Origin: Histomonas meleagridis 2922-C6/04-290x
Taxonomy: Eukaryota > Protista > Parabasalia
DNA length: 64,000 bases
Reading direction: 5' to 3'
Assembly: GCA_020184695.1 (NCBI GenBank)
Contig: JAANOX010000153.1
Coordinates: 186,001 to 250,000 of the forward strand
Below the pieces are notes generated by a model, which had not been told where the DNA came from, searched no databases, and saw nothing but the letters and a program-made list of their open reading frames with translations. The translations under genes were made by a program, and so were the position numbers. Below are positions 22,225 through 33,304 of this stretch, one piece after another (the first letter of the stretch is position 1; every line of letters starts with the position of its first letter).

Positions 22225-22611
22225 TTAAAAATTTAATTAGTGGAATACATACACTACACACACGAAGTTATTTTTATATCTAAAAATTACAATTTTTCTT
22301 ATTAAAAACGTTTTTAATAAATTGCATAACACATTAAATTAATGTTATATGAATTAATTCAATTCATAAATTTGAAAATATTTAAATATCGTCAACACTG
22401 GCCACTTCTTCATTATTATCACCACTTTACTTAATTATTAATCACGTTTCACACATGAAATATCCTCAGTCAGATTCTATATTTTTCATTCTTCTTCAAG
22501 TCGCAACAATTGTTACTGCAAAAGATTTCGTTTGTGCGACATCAGATTAGTACAAAGTTCTCGTTACATCAAAACCGCAAATACTGAAACATTATATATT
22601 TTATGCATATA

Positions 22612-24615
22612 TTAACTTCGGTGGTGTCTGTGCCTCTTTGGCTTCTTCGGCTCGTTCATTTCAAGTTTCTTCTGCAGCCTCTTCGGGATGTAGTTTCCCG
22701 GTTTCCTCTGCACCGGCGCCAAACTGGAGCGCGCCGGCGCATTGCTGCTGTTGTTCGCAGCCGCGTGCGCGTGCTTCGCTTTGCGGTGCTTCCGTTTCGT
22801 TGCGTTCTTCGGCTGCTTGCGAAACATGTTCATCTCCGCGTCGATGAAGAAGTCGTCGATCGCGTCGTAGTGCTCCGGGTCGTCCTTGATGCGGAGCGAA
22901 TGCTTCGCGTGCTGCTCCCGCGCAAGCTGGTACTCGCTCTCGAAGAACGCGTAGATGTCGGCGAAGGCGCTGTCGTCTGCGTGCGATGGTGCATTTGTAG
23001 GTGATTCGACTGCGGTTTGCAGTGGATTGGATTGCGATTCGTGCGGATTTTCATTGCGTAATGCATTCGATTCGCTGCCAATTTGTTGGATTGCTTTATT
23101 CGGCTCATTTGACTCGCTTTCGTTGCTGAATTCTTTGAGTTGTTCGTTTCGATTTGTTTCGTTTTCATCATTTACTTTGTTAACTTGTTCGTTTTCTTTG
23201 AATTGCTCGTTTTGATTTTCCTCTTTTTGCTCATTTTCATCATTTATTTTGTTATTTTGTTTGTTTTCACTGTTTAATTCTTTGTATTGTTCGTTTTGAT
23301 TTATTTCGTTTTCATCATTTATTTTGTTATTTTGTTCGTTTTGATTTTCTTTTTGCTCATTTTCATCATTTATTTTGTTATTTTGTTCGTTTTCACTGTT
23401 TAATTCTATGAATTGTTCGTTTTGATTTTCTTTTTGCGCATCTGCATTATGACTTTGTTCACTTTCATTTTCGGACTTCTGCGCACCGAAAAACGCGAAT
23501 ATGTCTGTGGTCTGTGTACGTGGTTCACTTGAAAACGTATTATTAATTATATTAATTGGTTCCTGTTTCGGAGGTTTCGGCGTTTCCACAGGTTCGGCTG
23601 GCTTCTTGGGCGGGGGGAGTTCACCGCTGCTGTCGCCGAAGAAGTTTTGCAAATTAGATATATCGGCCTCATCATCAAGAGTTACAAATTTGATTTCGGG
23701 TAGCTCTTGTTTTGGTTCTGGAGGTGGCTCGACTTGTTGGGATGGCTTATCAACAAAGCCGGCGGACATGATGTCATCATCAAATCCATAATTCAAATCT
23801 GTAAGATCAATTTCATTGATATTCTTTGGTTGTTCTTCTGCTGGAGGTGGGTGGTTCTTTTCGTTCTTTTTCTTTTGTAATTCGGTGTTTATCTTGTTTT
23901 TCCTATTAAAATAATCTTCTGCATAAAAAGCATCAATCCCAATGAGATTGCTTTGGTTAACATCTATTGCATGCCTTTGATGTGGTTTATATGGTGTTGG
24001 CGCAGTTCTTCTCGGTTGGTCTAAATCAGAGAAAAATGAATCTAAACTTGATGTTTTTTCCTTAAGCAGCGTGTCTTCAGACTCTTTTTGAGCAGGAGCA
24101 GGAGCACTTAACGAAGGAGATATATTTGTTCGAATTTTCCCATTTGCATTTCTTTCTCTTTGCTTTTTGGGGTGGTGCTGTTTCTGTGTCACTTTTAATT
24201 CAATTGGTATCGTTTTTGCAATCAAATGTGGGGGTGTCCCATTTGCTGCCCATTTTTTTAAAGCATATTTTTGTTTGATAAAAAGCTGCATAAGGGAACG
24301 ATTGGATTCATTAGGACGTTCAAAATCTTCCGGAAGATTTGCCTCCCAATATGAATTTGCAATTTTATTTCCAACATTTTTCATGAGTAATGCTTGCTCC
24401 ATTGTCCATGCATCAAGAGTACAAGAACGAACAAATGATATGTGAGTTCCAAGAGAACGATGAACTCCAGAACAATTGGTGCAAATAAATACACCAAGAG
24501 TAACACTTGCCCATTCAGATTGTTTGCACTGACAATCAGCGCACACTATGTTGTATGGATCTGTAAGTAGCTCTTTGACTAGTTTGAGCGCGCTGCTTTT
24601 ATCATTTTTGGACAT
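22612..24615 (-). CDS. ArfGAP-domain protein (SMAP/AGFG-like) with long low-complexity C-terminus
   Basis: CADCQCKQSEWASVTLGVFICTNCSGVHRSLGTHISFVRSCTLDAW (C4 zinc finger and catalytic Arg); N/E/Q repeats about 23150-23420. Confidence 0.9.
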   Translation of the reverse strand: MSKNDKSSALKLVKELLTDPYNIVCADCQCKQSEWASVTLGVFICTNCSGVHRSLGTHISFVRSCTLDAWTMEQALLMKNVGNKIANSYWEANLPEDFERPNESNRSLMQLFIKQKYALKKWAANGTPPHLIAKTIPIELKVTQKQHHPKKQRERNANGKIRTNISPSLSAPAPAQKESEDTLLKEKTSSLDSFFSDLDQPRRTAPTPYKPHQRHAIDVNQSNLIGIDAFYAEDYFNRKNKINTELQKKKNEKNHPPPAEEQPKNINEIDLTDLNYGFDDDIMSAGFVDKPSQQVEPPPEPKQELPEIKFVTLDDEADISNLQNFFGDSSGELPPPKKPAEPVETPKPPKQEPINIINNTFSSEPRTQTTDIFAFFGAQKSENESEQSHNADAQKENQNEQFIELNSENEQNNKINDENEQKENQNEQNNKINDENEINQNEQYKELNSENKQNNKINDENEQKEENQNEQFKENEQVNKVNDENETNRNEQLKEFSNESESNEPNKAIQQIGSESNALRNENPHESQSNPLQTAVESPTNAPSHADDSAFADIYAFFESEYQLAREQHAKHSLRIKDDPEHYDAIDDFFIDAEMNMFRKQPKNATKRKHRKAKHAHAAANNSSNAPARSSLAPVQRKPGNYIPKRLQKKLEMNEPKKPKRHRHHRS

Positions 24616-24964
24616 TTGAGTTTCAGTTGGTTATGATCGGCTTTACCACTCAAAAATCCCTCAGCGCCCGTTTAGGGAATAATGTTTTAAAAAATCTTAA
24701 ATGGGTATTTCCATCCAAAAAATATATAACACTTAATTTAACAATACAATAGATTGTTAATCTAGATTAGTTGTTTCACTTTTTGTTTTGATTTTTTCCA
24801 ATTTGAATTTCAAATTAATCCTAAATCATTTTTAATATTGTAAAGACATTATAAATTTCATCATCTTGATGAGATTTATTTGCTTTCTTCTTGAAAACTA
24901 ATAGCAATTCGCCTGATGATTATGTGATTATTGAAATGGGGTGCCCTATAAAACGATCTAGAAA

Positions 24965-25630
24965 ATGTCTGTTGAAATTGTTGAAGACGAAGAAGAAGAA
25001 GTTATTTCTCAAAAGGGTGATAAACCTACGCCTCCGCCTGAAACCCCACATCTTCCAGCAGCACCAAAATTTCCAATTTACAAAAAAACAAAAATGATTT
25101 GTCATCCATGGCATGCTGTTTCATATAAAGGTCTTAACGATGATGAAATCCGAGCTGTAATTGAAATCCCTGCGTTATCACGAATTAAAACAGAACTTGA
25201 TAAGCAATCTGGGTTATTAAAAGTCGATAGAATTTTACATTCATCAGTAATTTACCCAGCAAATTATGGGTTCATACCACAGTCCTTAGCAGAGGATAAT
25301 GATCCGTTAGATATTCTTGTACTTTGTCAATTATCTGTTCCTCCATTATCAATAATGAGAGTTCGCCCAATTGGTGTAATGCCAATGAATGATGGTGGAG
25401 AAGCAGACGATAAAATCATTGCAGTTGCAGCTACTGATCCTGAGTATAACATTTATTACGATATTTCAGAATTACCTCCATTTAAGTTGTTGATGATAAA
25501 TCAATTCTTTACCGATTATAAAACACTCGAAAGGAAAAAAGTAAAGACATTTAAACCACTTGGAAATAGCCAAGCAAGAAAAACCATACAAAAAGCATTA
25601 GATAAGTACAAAACAAAGTATGGTTTATAA
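24965..25630 (+). CDS. ppa: Family I soluble inorganic pyrophosphatase (prokaryotic/plant-cytosolic type)
   Basis: HPWH, VIEIP, DRILHSSVIYPANYGFIPQSLAEDNDPLDILV, DDKIIAV. Confidence 0.93.
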   Translation: MSVEIVEDEEEEVISQKGDKPTPPPETPHLPAAPKFPIYKKTKMICHPWHAVSYKGLNDDEIRAVIEIPALSRIKTELDKQSGLLKVDRILHSSVIYPANYGFIPQSLAEDNDPLDILVLCQLSVPPLSIMRVRPIGVMPMNDGGEADDKIIAVAATDPEYNIYYDISELPPFKLLMINQFFTDYKTLERKKVKTFKPLGNSQARKTIQKALDKYKTKYGL

Positions 25631-25787
25631 ATAAAAGTAATGAATTAAATTAATTTTTTCACGTCTGAGATACCAAATTTCAAAAACTTTCAGCTATTAT
25701 TTTGTAAAAATTGTTCTTGTCATTCAAAAGCTAAAATATCCTTAAAAACTTCTTTAAAAAGATTTATGATTATGTATAATTCATATT

Positions 25788-25789
<2 letters not shown>

Positions 25790-25820
<31 letters not shown>
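25790..25820. repeat. (AT)n microsatellite
   Basis: About 15 AT units. Confidence 0.9.
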
Positions 25821-25823
<3 letters not shown>

Positions 25824-26216
25824 TATATTGCGAATTTAAATTAAATAAAACAATTTTTTTTTGATGAACTTATTCATTATTATGCTTTAATAGATGGAAA
25901 TCTTCTTAAAATAATGAAGAAAAAGATATATTTATTAATTATTTAAAAAAATATAAGAAATGGAAAAAACATGAAATCGAAAATTAACACCACAAATTCA
26001 AGAATTAAATCGTTTCGTAATTCAAGCAATTTCTTTACATACAACTACTGTTAATGAAATAAATTATAAAAAAAGGTAATTTAACTAAAAATTTATGTAG
26101 TGAAAAAGATCAAATGTTTCGAGTTAGAACTCAAGCGATACAAGAAATACGAAATAATTGTTCAATTGATCGAATAACTAATAGGGCTCGAATGTTAATA
26201 CGTATGAATTATTAAA

Positions 26217-27343
26217 TTAAATTCTTTTCACATTAACATCAATTCCTTTATCTAAAAGTAATTTTGCTATTTCTATATTATTATTTTTAACTGCTATATG
26301 AAGTGCTGTTTCAAATTATTAAAACATATATCAAACTATTAAAACATATATAAAATTATTAAAACATATTCCAAATTATTAAAATGAATACTTTTTGCAT
26401 TAACATCAATTCCTTTATCTAAAAGTAATTTTACTATTTCTATATTTCCTGATTTAACTGAATATGGTAAAATTGTATTTGGAATTTGTTGACTTTCTAT
26501 ATCACTTTCTATTATGAATGTATTTCCTCTTGATGCTATTTCTTGTATAATTTCATTATTTATTTTCATTCCTTCTTTTTCTAAAAACATGAAGATTTCA
26601 TAATTATTAAATTCTATACATTTTTTCCCAAGATAAATCAAATTTTCTTCACTTAAATTACAATTATCTTGATTTTCGATATCAGAATTCGATTTTTTAA
26701 AAGAAGAGTTTGATGATGAAAATTTTCCAATTTTATTTTCATAAAGATAATGAAAAATTTCATTTCTATGAAATTCTATAGCTGCTTCATATGCTTCTGT
26801 AAACGATGAATTGTTTTGCTCACATAAATGAATAATTTCTAAGTTTCCACCTGCAATTGCATATTTGGAAGTATTTTTGATATTCGAATTATTTAATAAC
26901 AAATATTTAAAACATTTGATCGAACCAAAAAATGCTGCATAATCAATTAATGTAACATTTCTAGTATTAACAAATGAACATCTTTCATAAAGTGATGGCT
27001 TAATTATTGGATTAAAGTCAAATTCATTTTGTGATGATATTTCTTGGAGCTTTTCTAAATCATCATTTCGAAGTACTTTCGCAATTTCTAATGGATTAAC
27101 TCCTTCTTTTACATATTGCATATGAAGTTTCCAATTATCTTTTGATAATTCATCAAGTGCTGAAATAAATCCTTCAAGGAATTGCGGTTTTGGATATTTG
27201 ATATAGAATTCATTTATTTCTTCTTTTGTTTTATATTGAGAAAAATATAATGTGTTCATGTACTTTACTGATGATGGTTCAAGTATTTGTTCTTTGATCA
27301 TCTTTTCAAGAAGGTAATATGATTCTTGCTTTTCTATTCTCAA
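26217..27343 (-). CDS. DUF3447-ankyrin protein, locus C: 5'-truncated, one 80-nt cassette block, possibly a pseudogene
   Basis: DUF3447 motifs as in locus A; exon ends ...DVNAKS at 26390; block 26389-26310 decodes G,Y,D,E; next segment 26309-26223 TALHIAVKNNNIEIAKLLLDKGIDVNVKR. The homologous frame extends to about 27525 with no ATG (first ATG 27301). Confidence 0.72.
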
Positions 27344-28247
27344 TAAATATTTACAAAAGATTTGAACAAGATTAGCTTCAGGTTCACTTTTTTCTTTTTC
27401 TTTTGCATTTAAAGCCGATAAATATTGGAAATATATATTTTCATTATTTGTTTGAGAAACAAAAGCTGAATAGAGAAAATCGAGAGTTCTATCAATAAAA
27501 CTGTTTTGTTTAACCTTAACGTAGTCAATCTAACGTTTTTTTATATAGAATGATTTTTGACAAAAGCTTATTTCCAAAGTTTATTTCCCCTTTAAATATA
27601 TTATAAAATTATTGATACAATGTTTTATAATCTTATTTCTTTTATGCGAAAAATGTTAATCAAAAATGAAGATTTCTTATTCTATATAAAAACATCAACT
27701 TTTATTATTCCAAAACCTTTTAAACAACAGTAGATGTAATATTTTACATTATTATCTGATTTTCTGTGTAAATTTATTAGAGTACTTGAAAAAAAGTGAA
27801 TTTTTATAAAAATAATTTTAAATTAAAATACCTCAATGGACTGAAAATTATAAAAAGAAACTGGGCAAAGGACCGAATCACTATGTTAATAGAATCAATA
27901 TAAATATCCAAGATCTCATTAATTCGTTCTGATAATTGTAATTGCAGACATATTTTTCATATTTAGCAGATATAGAAAAACACATAAATTGCATACTTTT
28001 TACATCTCCTTCAATCAAATACGAGCTCAACCTCAAAAAGTTCCATATCATATGGGATGTTTAATCACTACAGGTGAAGGTGTTGATCAAATTTTGAAAT
28101 CAGTTATAGTAAAATACTATCTAAAAGATGAAATAAAATTACCACATCCAAAATAGCCATCTCCTCAAAAGGAAATATGTCACATTTTTTAAAAGATAAA
28201 TAAACTTTTTAATGCGTTTAAGAAAACAAACATGACTTTTTTATTTT

Positions 28248-29042
28248 TTATTCTGTTTGTTCTTGTGAAGTTTCATCTTCTTTTTTTTCGCCATTTTGCG
28301 CTTCTTGACTAATTCTCTTATCACGCGCAGCTTCCAATAATTCCATTAGTTCCTCAGCACACTTTAATGATATCTGACTCATTTCTAACGTTGTCCTCGC
28401 TGCTGGCTCGAAATCTGGAATGTTTCTCTTCAATATGGAGAGAACCTGCATTTGCATTTGACTTGTTGTCGCCTCACTTATAAGCAATTTCTGTATTTCA
28501 TTAACAAGTGGAGCAGGAGCAATTTTTTTCTGCTTTTTGTTATTGGAATTATTTGTGCCAGATGTGATCTTTGCTGCTGATAGACTCATGCCTCGACGAA
28601 CAAGAACGAGTTGCTTTCTTAGTTTGAGAATTTTTTGAAAATGTTCTTCTTCTTCGTTCCTTGGCGATTTATTGAGCTGGTTTTCAAACCATTGGGAAAG
28701 ATCTGTAAGTCCATAAACCGCAACTTGATCTTTTTCTAATATTTTTTGACCAGCTATAATCATGCACCGAATGTCAAGAGCAAAGTCAAATAGGGTTAAG
28801 TATGCTTTATTATCAACTTTTTCTTGAATCATCTTCGGATTTGGAACGAATTCACTCTGCGGCTCAATCAATGTCAGTATACCAGATAGAGGCTTTTCAA
28901 AGAATTTTTTATGCAATAAGGCTATTTGATGCTGGATAAATTCTTCTTGCATTTTGTTAGCTGGAAACCAATGGGGTGCTCCGAATACGTTAAACCTATA
29001 ACGTGCTTCCTTGGCAACTTCATTTGGTGAATGTGGAACCAT
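28248..29042 (-). CDS. Degenerate bromodomain plus extra-terminal (ET/NET)-like protein
   Basis: PNPKMIQEKVDNKAYLTLFDFALDIRCMI resembles the bromodomain PMDLxTIxxKLxxxxYxxxxxFxxDVxLI motif; C-terminal LSILKRNIPDFEPAARTTLEMSQIS resembles ET. The track start at 29066 is GTG, first ATG is 29042. Confidence 0.6.
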   Translation of the reverse strand: MVPHSPNEVAKEARYRFNVFGAPHWFPANKMQEEFIQHQIALLHKKFFEKPLSGILTLIEPQSEFVPNPKMIQEKVDNKAYLTLFDFALDIRCMIIAGQKILEKDQVAVYGLTDLSQWFENQLNKSPRNEEEEHFQKILKLRKQLVLVRRGMSLSAAKITSGTNNSNNKKQKKIAPAPLVNEIQKLLISEATTSQMQMQVLSILKRNIPDFEPAARTTLEMSQISLKCAEELMELLEAARDKRISQEAQNGEKKEDETSQEQTE

Positions 29043-29143
29043 ACACTTCTGAACTATATGATTCACTACTTACACCAGCCTCCGAATTAGTAAGACAAAG
29101 TTATCTAAAATACGGAAAAAGAAAAATTTTAAACGGCGATTTA

Positions 29144-29695
29144 ATGAAAAAATTGCTGAAACAGCAGTAAGAGGATGTTTAATTGGAACTTCTAGATCAA
29201 TTTTTACTGTGGCAAAGAGGAACTTAAAAAAGCAATATGATTCACGAAAAGATCCTAATGTTCCGATTGATATCTTTTACATCAGGCAATACACAGATCC
29301 TAAAAATTTTCCCCAAATATTCAATGGACTTAAATCAGAAATTGCTGTTGAAAATTCATATCAAATTGGTAAAGGGATAATATCAACATTATCCAAATAT
29401 TATGGTTATATACCAAGCGAAAGCTTCATGACAACACTATGAGTTGTTCTTGGCAGAGCTTAGTTACACTAGTGTTCTTGGTTCTACTTTTATTTCTTCA
29501 TTGACAATATATCCAACTGCTATGAAATTATTTACCAATACAGATACCGAAGAAATTGCTAGGAAGTCAATTAAAAGAGCTACAGTTGGCTCAGTAACAG
29601 CTTCTTTGATATCTGTTGGCATTTCTATTTGCCAAGCAGTCCTTCCAAGTTATAAGAAGATCATTTCGATTGGCTTCTCCACGCTTGGTGGATAA
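29144..29695 (+). pseudogene. Frameshifted gene for a small membrane protein (two apparent shifts), or assembly errors
   Basis: ATG 29144 is out of frame with the ORF through 29209-29442, followed by a second ORF 29444-29695 with hydrophobic helices. Confidence 0.35.
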
Positions 29696-30466
29696 TTTGA
29701 AAAGCATTATGATGTATATGTTAATAAAATTTATAATTTATTTTTGTATATATTAAAATAATCGATTTTCACAAAAAAAATTAATAAGGAAATTATAGTA
29801 AATAATTTTAAAGATTTGTAAAAGTTATATTTTTTTTATTTAATTTGTCTTATGTTGTGCAACTCAATGCTTTGTAACCATTGCGACAATATTTTTAAAC
29901 AAGAACTTTCGAAATGCAATGGAATGCTAAAAAATTCTACGTTATTATTTTTGGCCAGTTTTTTTGCATTTGTTGTTTTCCCAGAAGTTGTAAGTTCAGA
30001 AACCCCAATGATGATTTTTTGCTTCAAAATACTTTTTGATAACTGATAAAAGAGATTATTCCTTCATTCATAGTCAATAACTTTAGAAGATTCCATTAAA
30101 TCTCTTATGAGAATCTACAGAAATATAATGTATTCGATGCAAGAATTAAAATAAAGAACCCAAATCATATTTACAAAAATCTTACATTTTGGATTGTGAA
30201 AAATTTCATTTGTATCTAACAGGTTTATCTAATTAGATGGAGTTCAATGATTCACAAAAGACAACACCAAATTTGATGTCTCATAACTTTTATTGGTTCA
30301 AAATTCAAAAAATAGCAAATGTTTCAATTATTTAACAATAATCACTTAATTTTTATCATCAGAAACAAAGAATGTTGAATGGGTTTATCAATGGCTCCTA
30401 ATTAAATGATTGAAAAAATTGATTATTTCAACGTAACCATTTTCTGGTGCAATTAATAAAGCGTTT

Positions 30467-30595
30467 TTAAGATATTGACATAAATATAAAATTTTTCAAA
30501 TAATTTACTTTTTCTTTAAATTTAACATCTTTTTGTTCGAAGAGTAATTTTACTATTTCTATATTATTATTTCTAACTTCTATATTAAGTGCTGT
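30467..30595 (-). pseudogene. Orphan degenerate ankyrin segment, locus D
   Basis: TALNIEVRNNNIEIVKLLFEQKDVKF..., closely similar at DNA level to 26309-26250; no DUF3447 exon upstream. Confidence 0.7.
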
Positions 30596-30755
30596 TTCAA
30601 ATTATTAAAACATATTTCAAATTATTAAAACATATTTCAAATTATTAAAACATATTTCAAATTATTAAAACATATTTCAAATTATTAAAACATATTTCAA
30701 ATTATTAAAACATATTCCAAATTATTAAAACATATTCTAAATCACCAAAACATAT
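30596..30755 (-). repeat. Tandem array of eight 20-nt modules (ATATGTTTTAATAATTT + codon)
   Basis: Six identical GAA modules 30596-30715, one GGA module 30716-30735, one AGA module with variant spacer 30736-30755; abuts the ACA-GCA-CTT (TAL) of locus D. Confidence 0.92.
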
Positions 30756-30943
30756 CCAAAATTATACGAAAGACCCAATGACCAAACGTGGCAGTGAAAA
30801 CATGGTAATTATATATAATCCAATCAATTTAAAGCAACTTCATAATGTATTAATAAATTTCGAATTCTATATCAAATCAAAAAAATCCAGAAGTTATCAA
30901 AATTTCATACAACATTTATTAAATATATTATAAACACTTAAAA

Positions 30944-32416
30944 TTAATTTTCATTTTGCATATTATTTTCTAATTTACAGCACCACTTAAATGGCGTAAT
31001 CATTTTATTTTCCGATTTATTAATCTGCACTACTGCTCTATTCATTTCTTCGATTAATGATTTGTTATTTGGGTCCACTTCTACAGCTTTTTTATAAAAC
31101 TTTTTTGCTTCATTAAAGTTCCCCATCAACAGTAAACAATTTGCTTTCTTCCTTAAGAATTCCGCATTATTTTCATCCATCGATCTTACTCGATCATAAT
31201 CATTTAGTCCTGCTTTAAATTCACCAATTTTCACATATAAATCTGCGCGATGAATTAAAATATCTTTATCGTTCATGTTATGTTCATTATAATTAATTGC
31301 TTTGGTATAATAATCAATTGCATAGATGATATTCCCTTCTTTCTCTGCATTTAATCCTTTCTCTTTGATTTCTTCAAATGTTTCTGTGGTTTCGTTTGTC
31401 GTAACTTTATGAAGAATTTCTTCGATTCGTCGTTTTTCATGTTCAACTTCTCGAGAATTTTTCTCTCGTAATGATTTATCAAGTGCTTCAATCGATTTTT
31501 CTAAGTTACCAATTGACGCATAATTCATTGCGATCTTTTGATACGCTCGTGATATCATATCTTTGCTGGCTTTGTGCTCATAACCGATCTGAACGGCTTT
31601 CTCACAAATTTCAATGGCATCAAAATAGCGGTTTTGCTTTGATAGAACTGACGAGATGTTGGTGTAGTAAATCATGTTGTGAGGATCTAAGGAGATGGCT
31701 TTCTTATAATGCTCCATAGCACTAGCATAATCGCCTCGTTTAAAGTCGGAGTTGCCAATATTCTTTTCTTCTTCGGCTTTTTTTTGAATGCGTGTTAACG
31801 ATTGAATGCGTGGTGGGGGAGGTGATGGAGTTTGTGGCTTGTTTCGTGAAAGAAATGGTTCAAGAAGTGCACGAATAACTAAGATTAGACGTGGATCAGA
31901 TTGATAGCGTTCTGAATTTTGTGGACATTGAGAGATATCTTCAAGCATTTTGACAAAGGATGGATCACTAAACATGGGGGCAATTAATGGATTCATACGA
32001 AGCCGATCAATTAAATCGGGTGGAAATAGTATTGAATTGAGAAATGATGTTGGTTGTGGGTTTCTGGATTTACGAACGCGTTCAAGGCCTTCCGAAATGT
32101 CTTTACTTGAAGGGTTAAGATTTTGAGCCTTTAAATAAGCAGATTCTGCACCATCCCAATCTTTAAGTCCTTCTAATGCCGCAGCAAGACGAACGTGTCC
32201 ACGTGCCCAATCAGGCTTCAGTTCTATTGCTTTTTTAGCGTCTGCAATAGCTTTATCATACATTTGTAATAATAAGTATGCACCACTTCTATTTGCATAA
32301 AGTTTCTGATCTTGTGGGTTTAGTTCTATTGCTTCTGTGTATAGGGAAATGGCTTTTTCATATTCGTGCGATGCTAGTGCTGCTTTGCCCCTTATTTTAA
32401 GCTCTTCGCTCGACAT
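30944..32416 (-). CDS. STI1/HOP-like TPR co-chaperone
   Basis: TPR1 (YEKAISLYTEAIELNPQDQKLYANRSGAY), DP-like segment (NPLIAPMFSDPSF), TPR2A (AEEEKNIGNSDFKRGDY), further TPRs. Confidence 0.85.
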   Translation of the reverse strand: MSSEELKIRGKAALASHEYEKAISLYTEAIELNPQDQKLYANRSGAYLLLQMYDKAIADAKKAIELKPDWARGHVRLAAALEGLKDWDGAESAYLKAQNLNPSSKDISEGLERVRKSRNPQPTSFLNSILFPPDLIDRLRMNPLIAPMFSDPSFVKMLEDISQCPQNSERYQSDPRLILVIRALLEPFLSRNKPQTPSPPPPRIQSLTRIQKKAEEEKNIGNSDFKRGDYASAMEHYKKAISLDPHNMIYYTNISSVLSKQNRYFDAIEICEKAVQIGYEHKASKDMISRAYQKIAMNYASIGNLEKSIEALDKSLREKNSREVEHEKRRIEEILHKVTTNETTETFEEIKEKGLNAEKEGNIIYAIDYYTKAINYNEHNMNDKDILIHRADLYVKIGEFKAGLNDYDRVRSMDENNAEFLRKKANCLLLMGNFNEAKKFYKKAVEVDPNNKSLIEEMNRAVVQINKSENKMITPFKWCCKLENNMQNEN

Positions 32417-33304
32417 TTTACCAGATTGTGGAACAATTCAAACAAAGGCATTGAAAAATCAAAATTTTGATAAAATGATAACAATATCTTTTGATCATTA
32501 CAACTGCTTTTTGAGAAGTATATTCGTTGTAAAAAACTGGTTCATTCAATTACTTCTAAAATTAGACGAACAACTGATCGAATTTTGAAATGATTTCAAA
32601 AAGCAAATTGTTGTTTACTGTCTCAATTTATTATAGTACACTGCTTTTCCTCGTAAAAAATATGAGAAGGTAACAAATCGATAAAAACATGTTACACACA
32701 ATGCCCACACGAGGTATATTTAATATTTTGTTATTATAGAGCCACTTGTTATTCCGAAAAAAGATTATAATACCATAAATTTTATTTTTTAGATGTCTTT
32801 GGTCACAGTTTTTGATAAGAAATTTTTCTATAATCACAGTTTTTCAACGTCTTCTGAATCAAAAAATATCGATAACTCCATCCACTTAGTTAATAATATA
32901 ATTCATTTGGAATCTATCAGTTATTTATATTTTATATCTCAATTAAATATCTATAAAAATCCCCAATAGGAAAGAACCATAGATTTATTGTCCATTGATT
33001 TTGTGGAACGTTTTTTTAGAGGTCATTGAAACACTTTGTCAGATTCAAAAAAAAACCGTATTAATACGGTTGATTTCTGTTAAATATTAACGATAGATTA
33101 AGAAAAAAGTCAGCGTTTTTTTTATGAAAGAAATCTTATGGCAATAAAATGCATTTATCTTTGTTCTAGTTACTTCATATATTTGAAAAAAATAATTGCA
33201 GAATGAATCTTATAAGGTAAACGTGTAATTTCAGACACAATCATTCAATATTTCATCAAATTTATCCTAACGTATATCAATAAAATCAACAATTGCTATT
33301 TATT

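Noticed and set aside
26143-26222. A further cassette block after the last ankyrin segment of locus C
   Set aside because: The first spacer fits, but the decoded codons (I,P,L,S) and downstream sequence give no ankyrin consensus
29836-30027. Fragment KIIIGVSELTTSGKTTNAKKLAK resembling a nicotinamide-riboside/uridine kinase P-loop
   Set aside because: TTG start, 63 aa, degenerate Walker A and no downstream domain; at most a tiny pseudogene remnant
30596-30755. 20-nt tandem array as a CRISPR array
   Set aside because: Eukaryotic context, no unique spacers of CRISPR size, no cas genes; it is the ankyrin spacer+codon module
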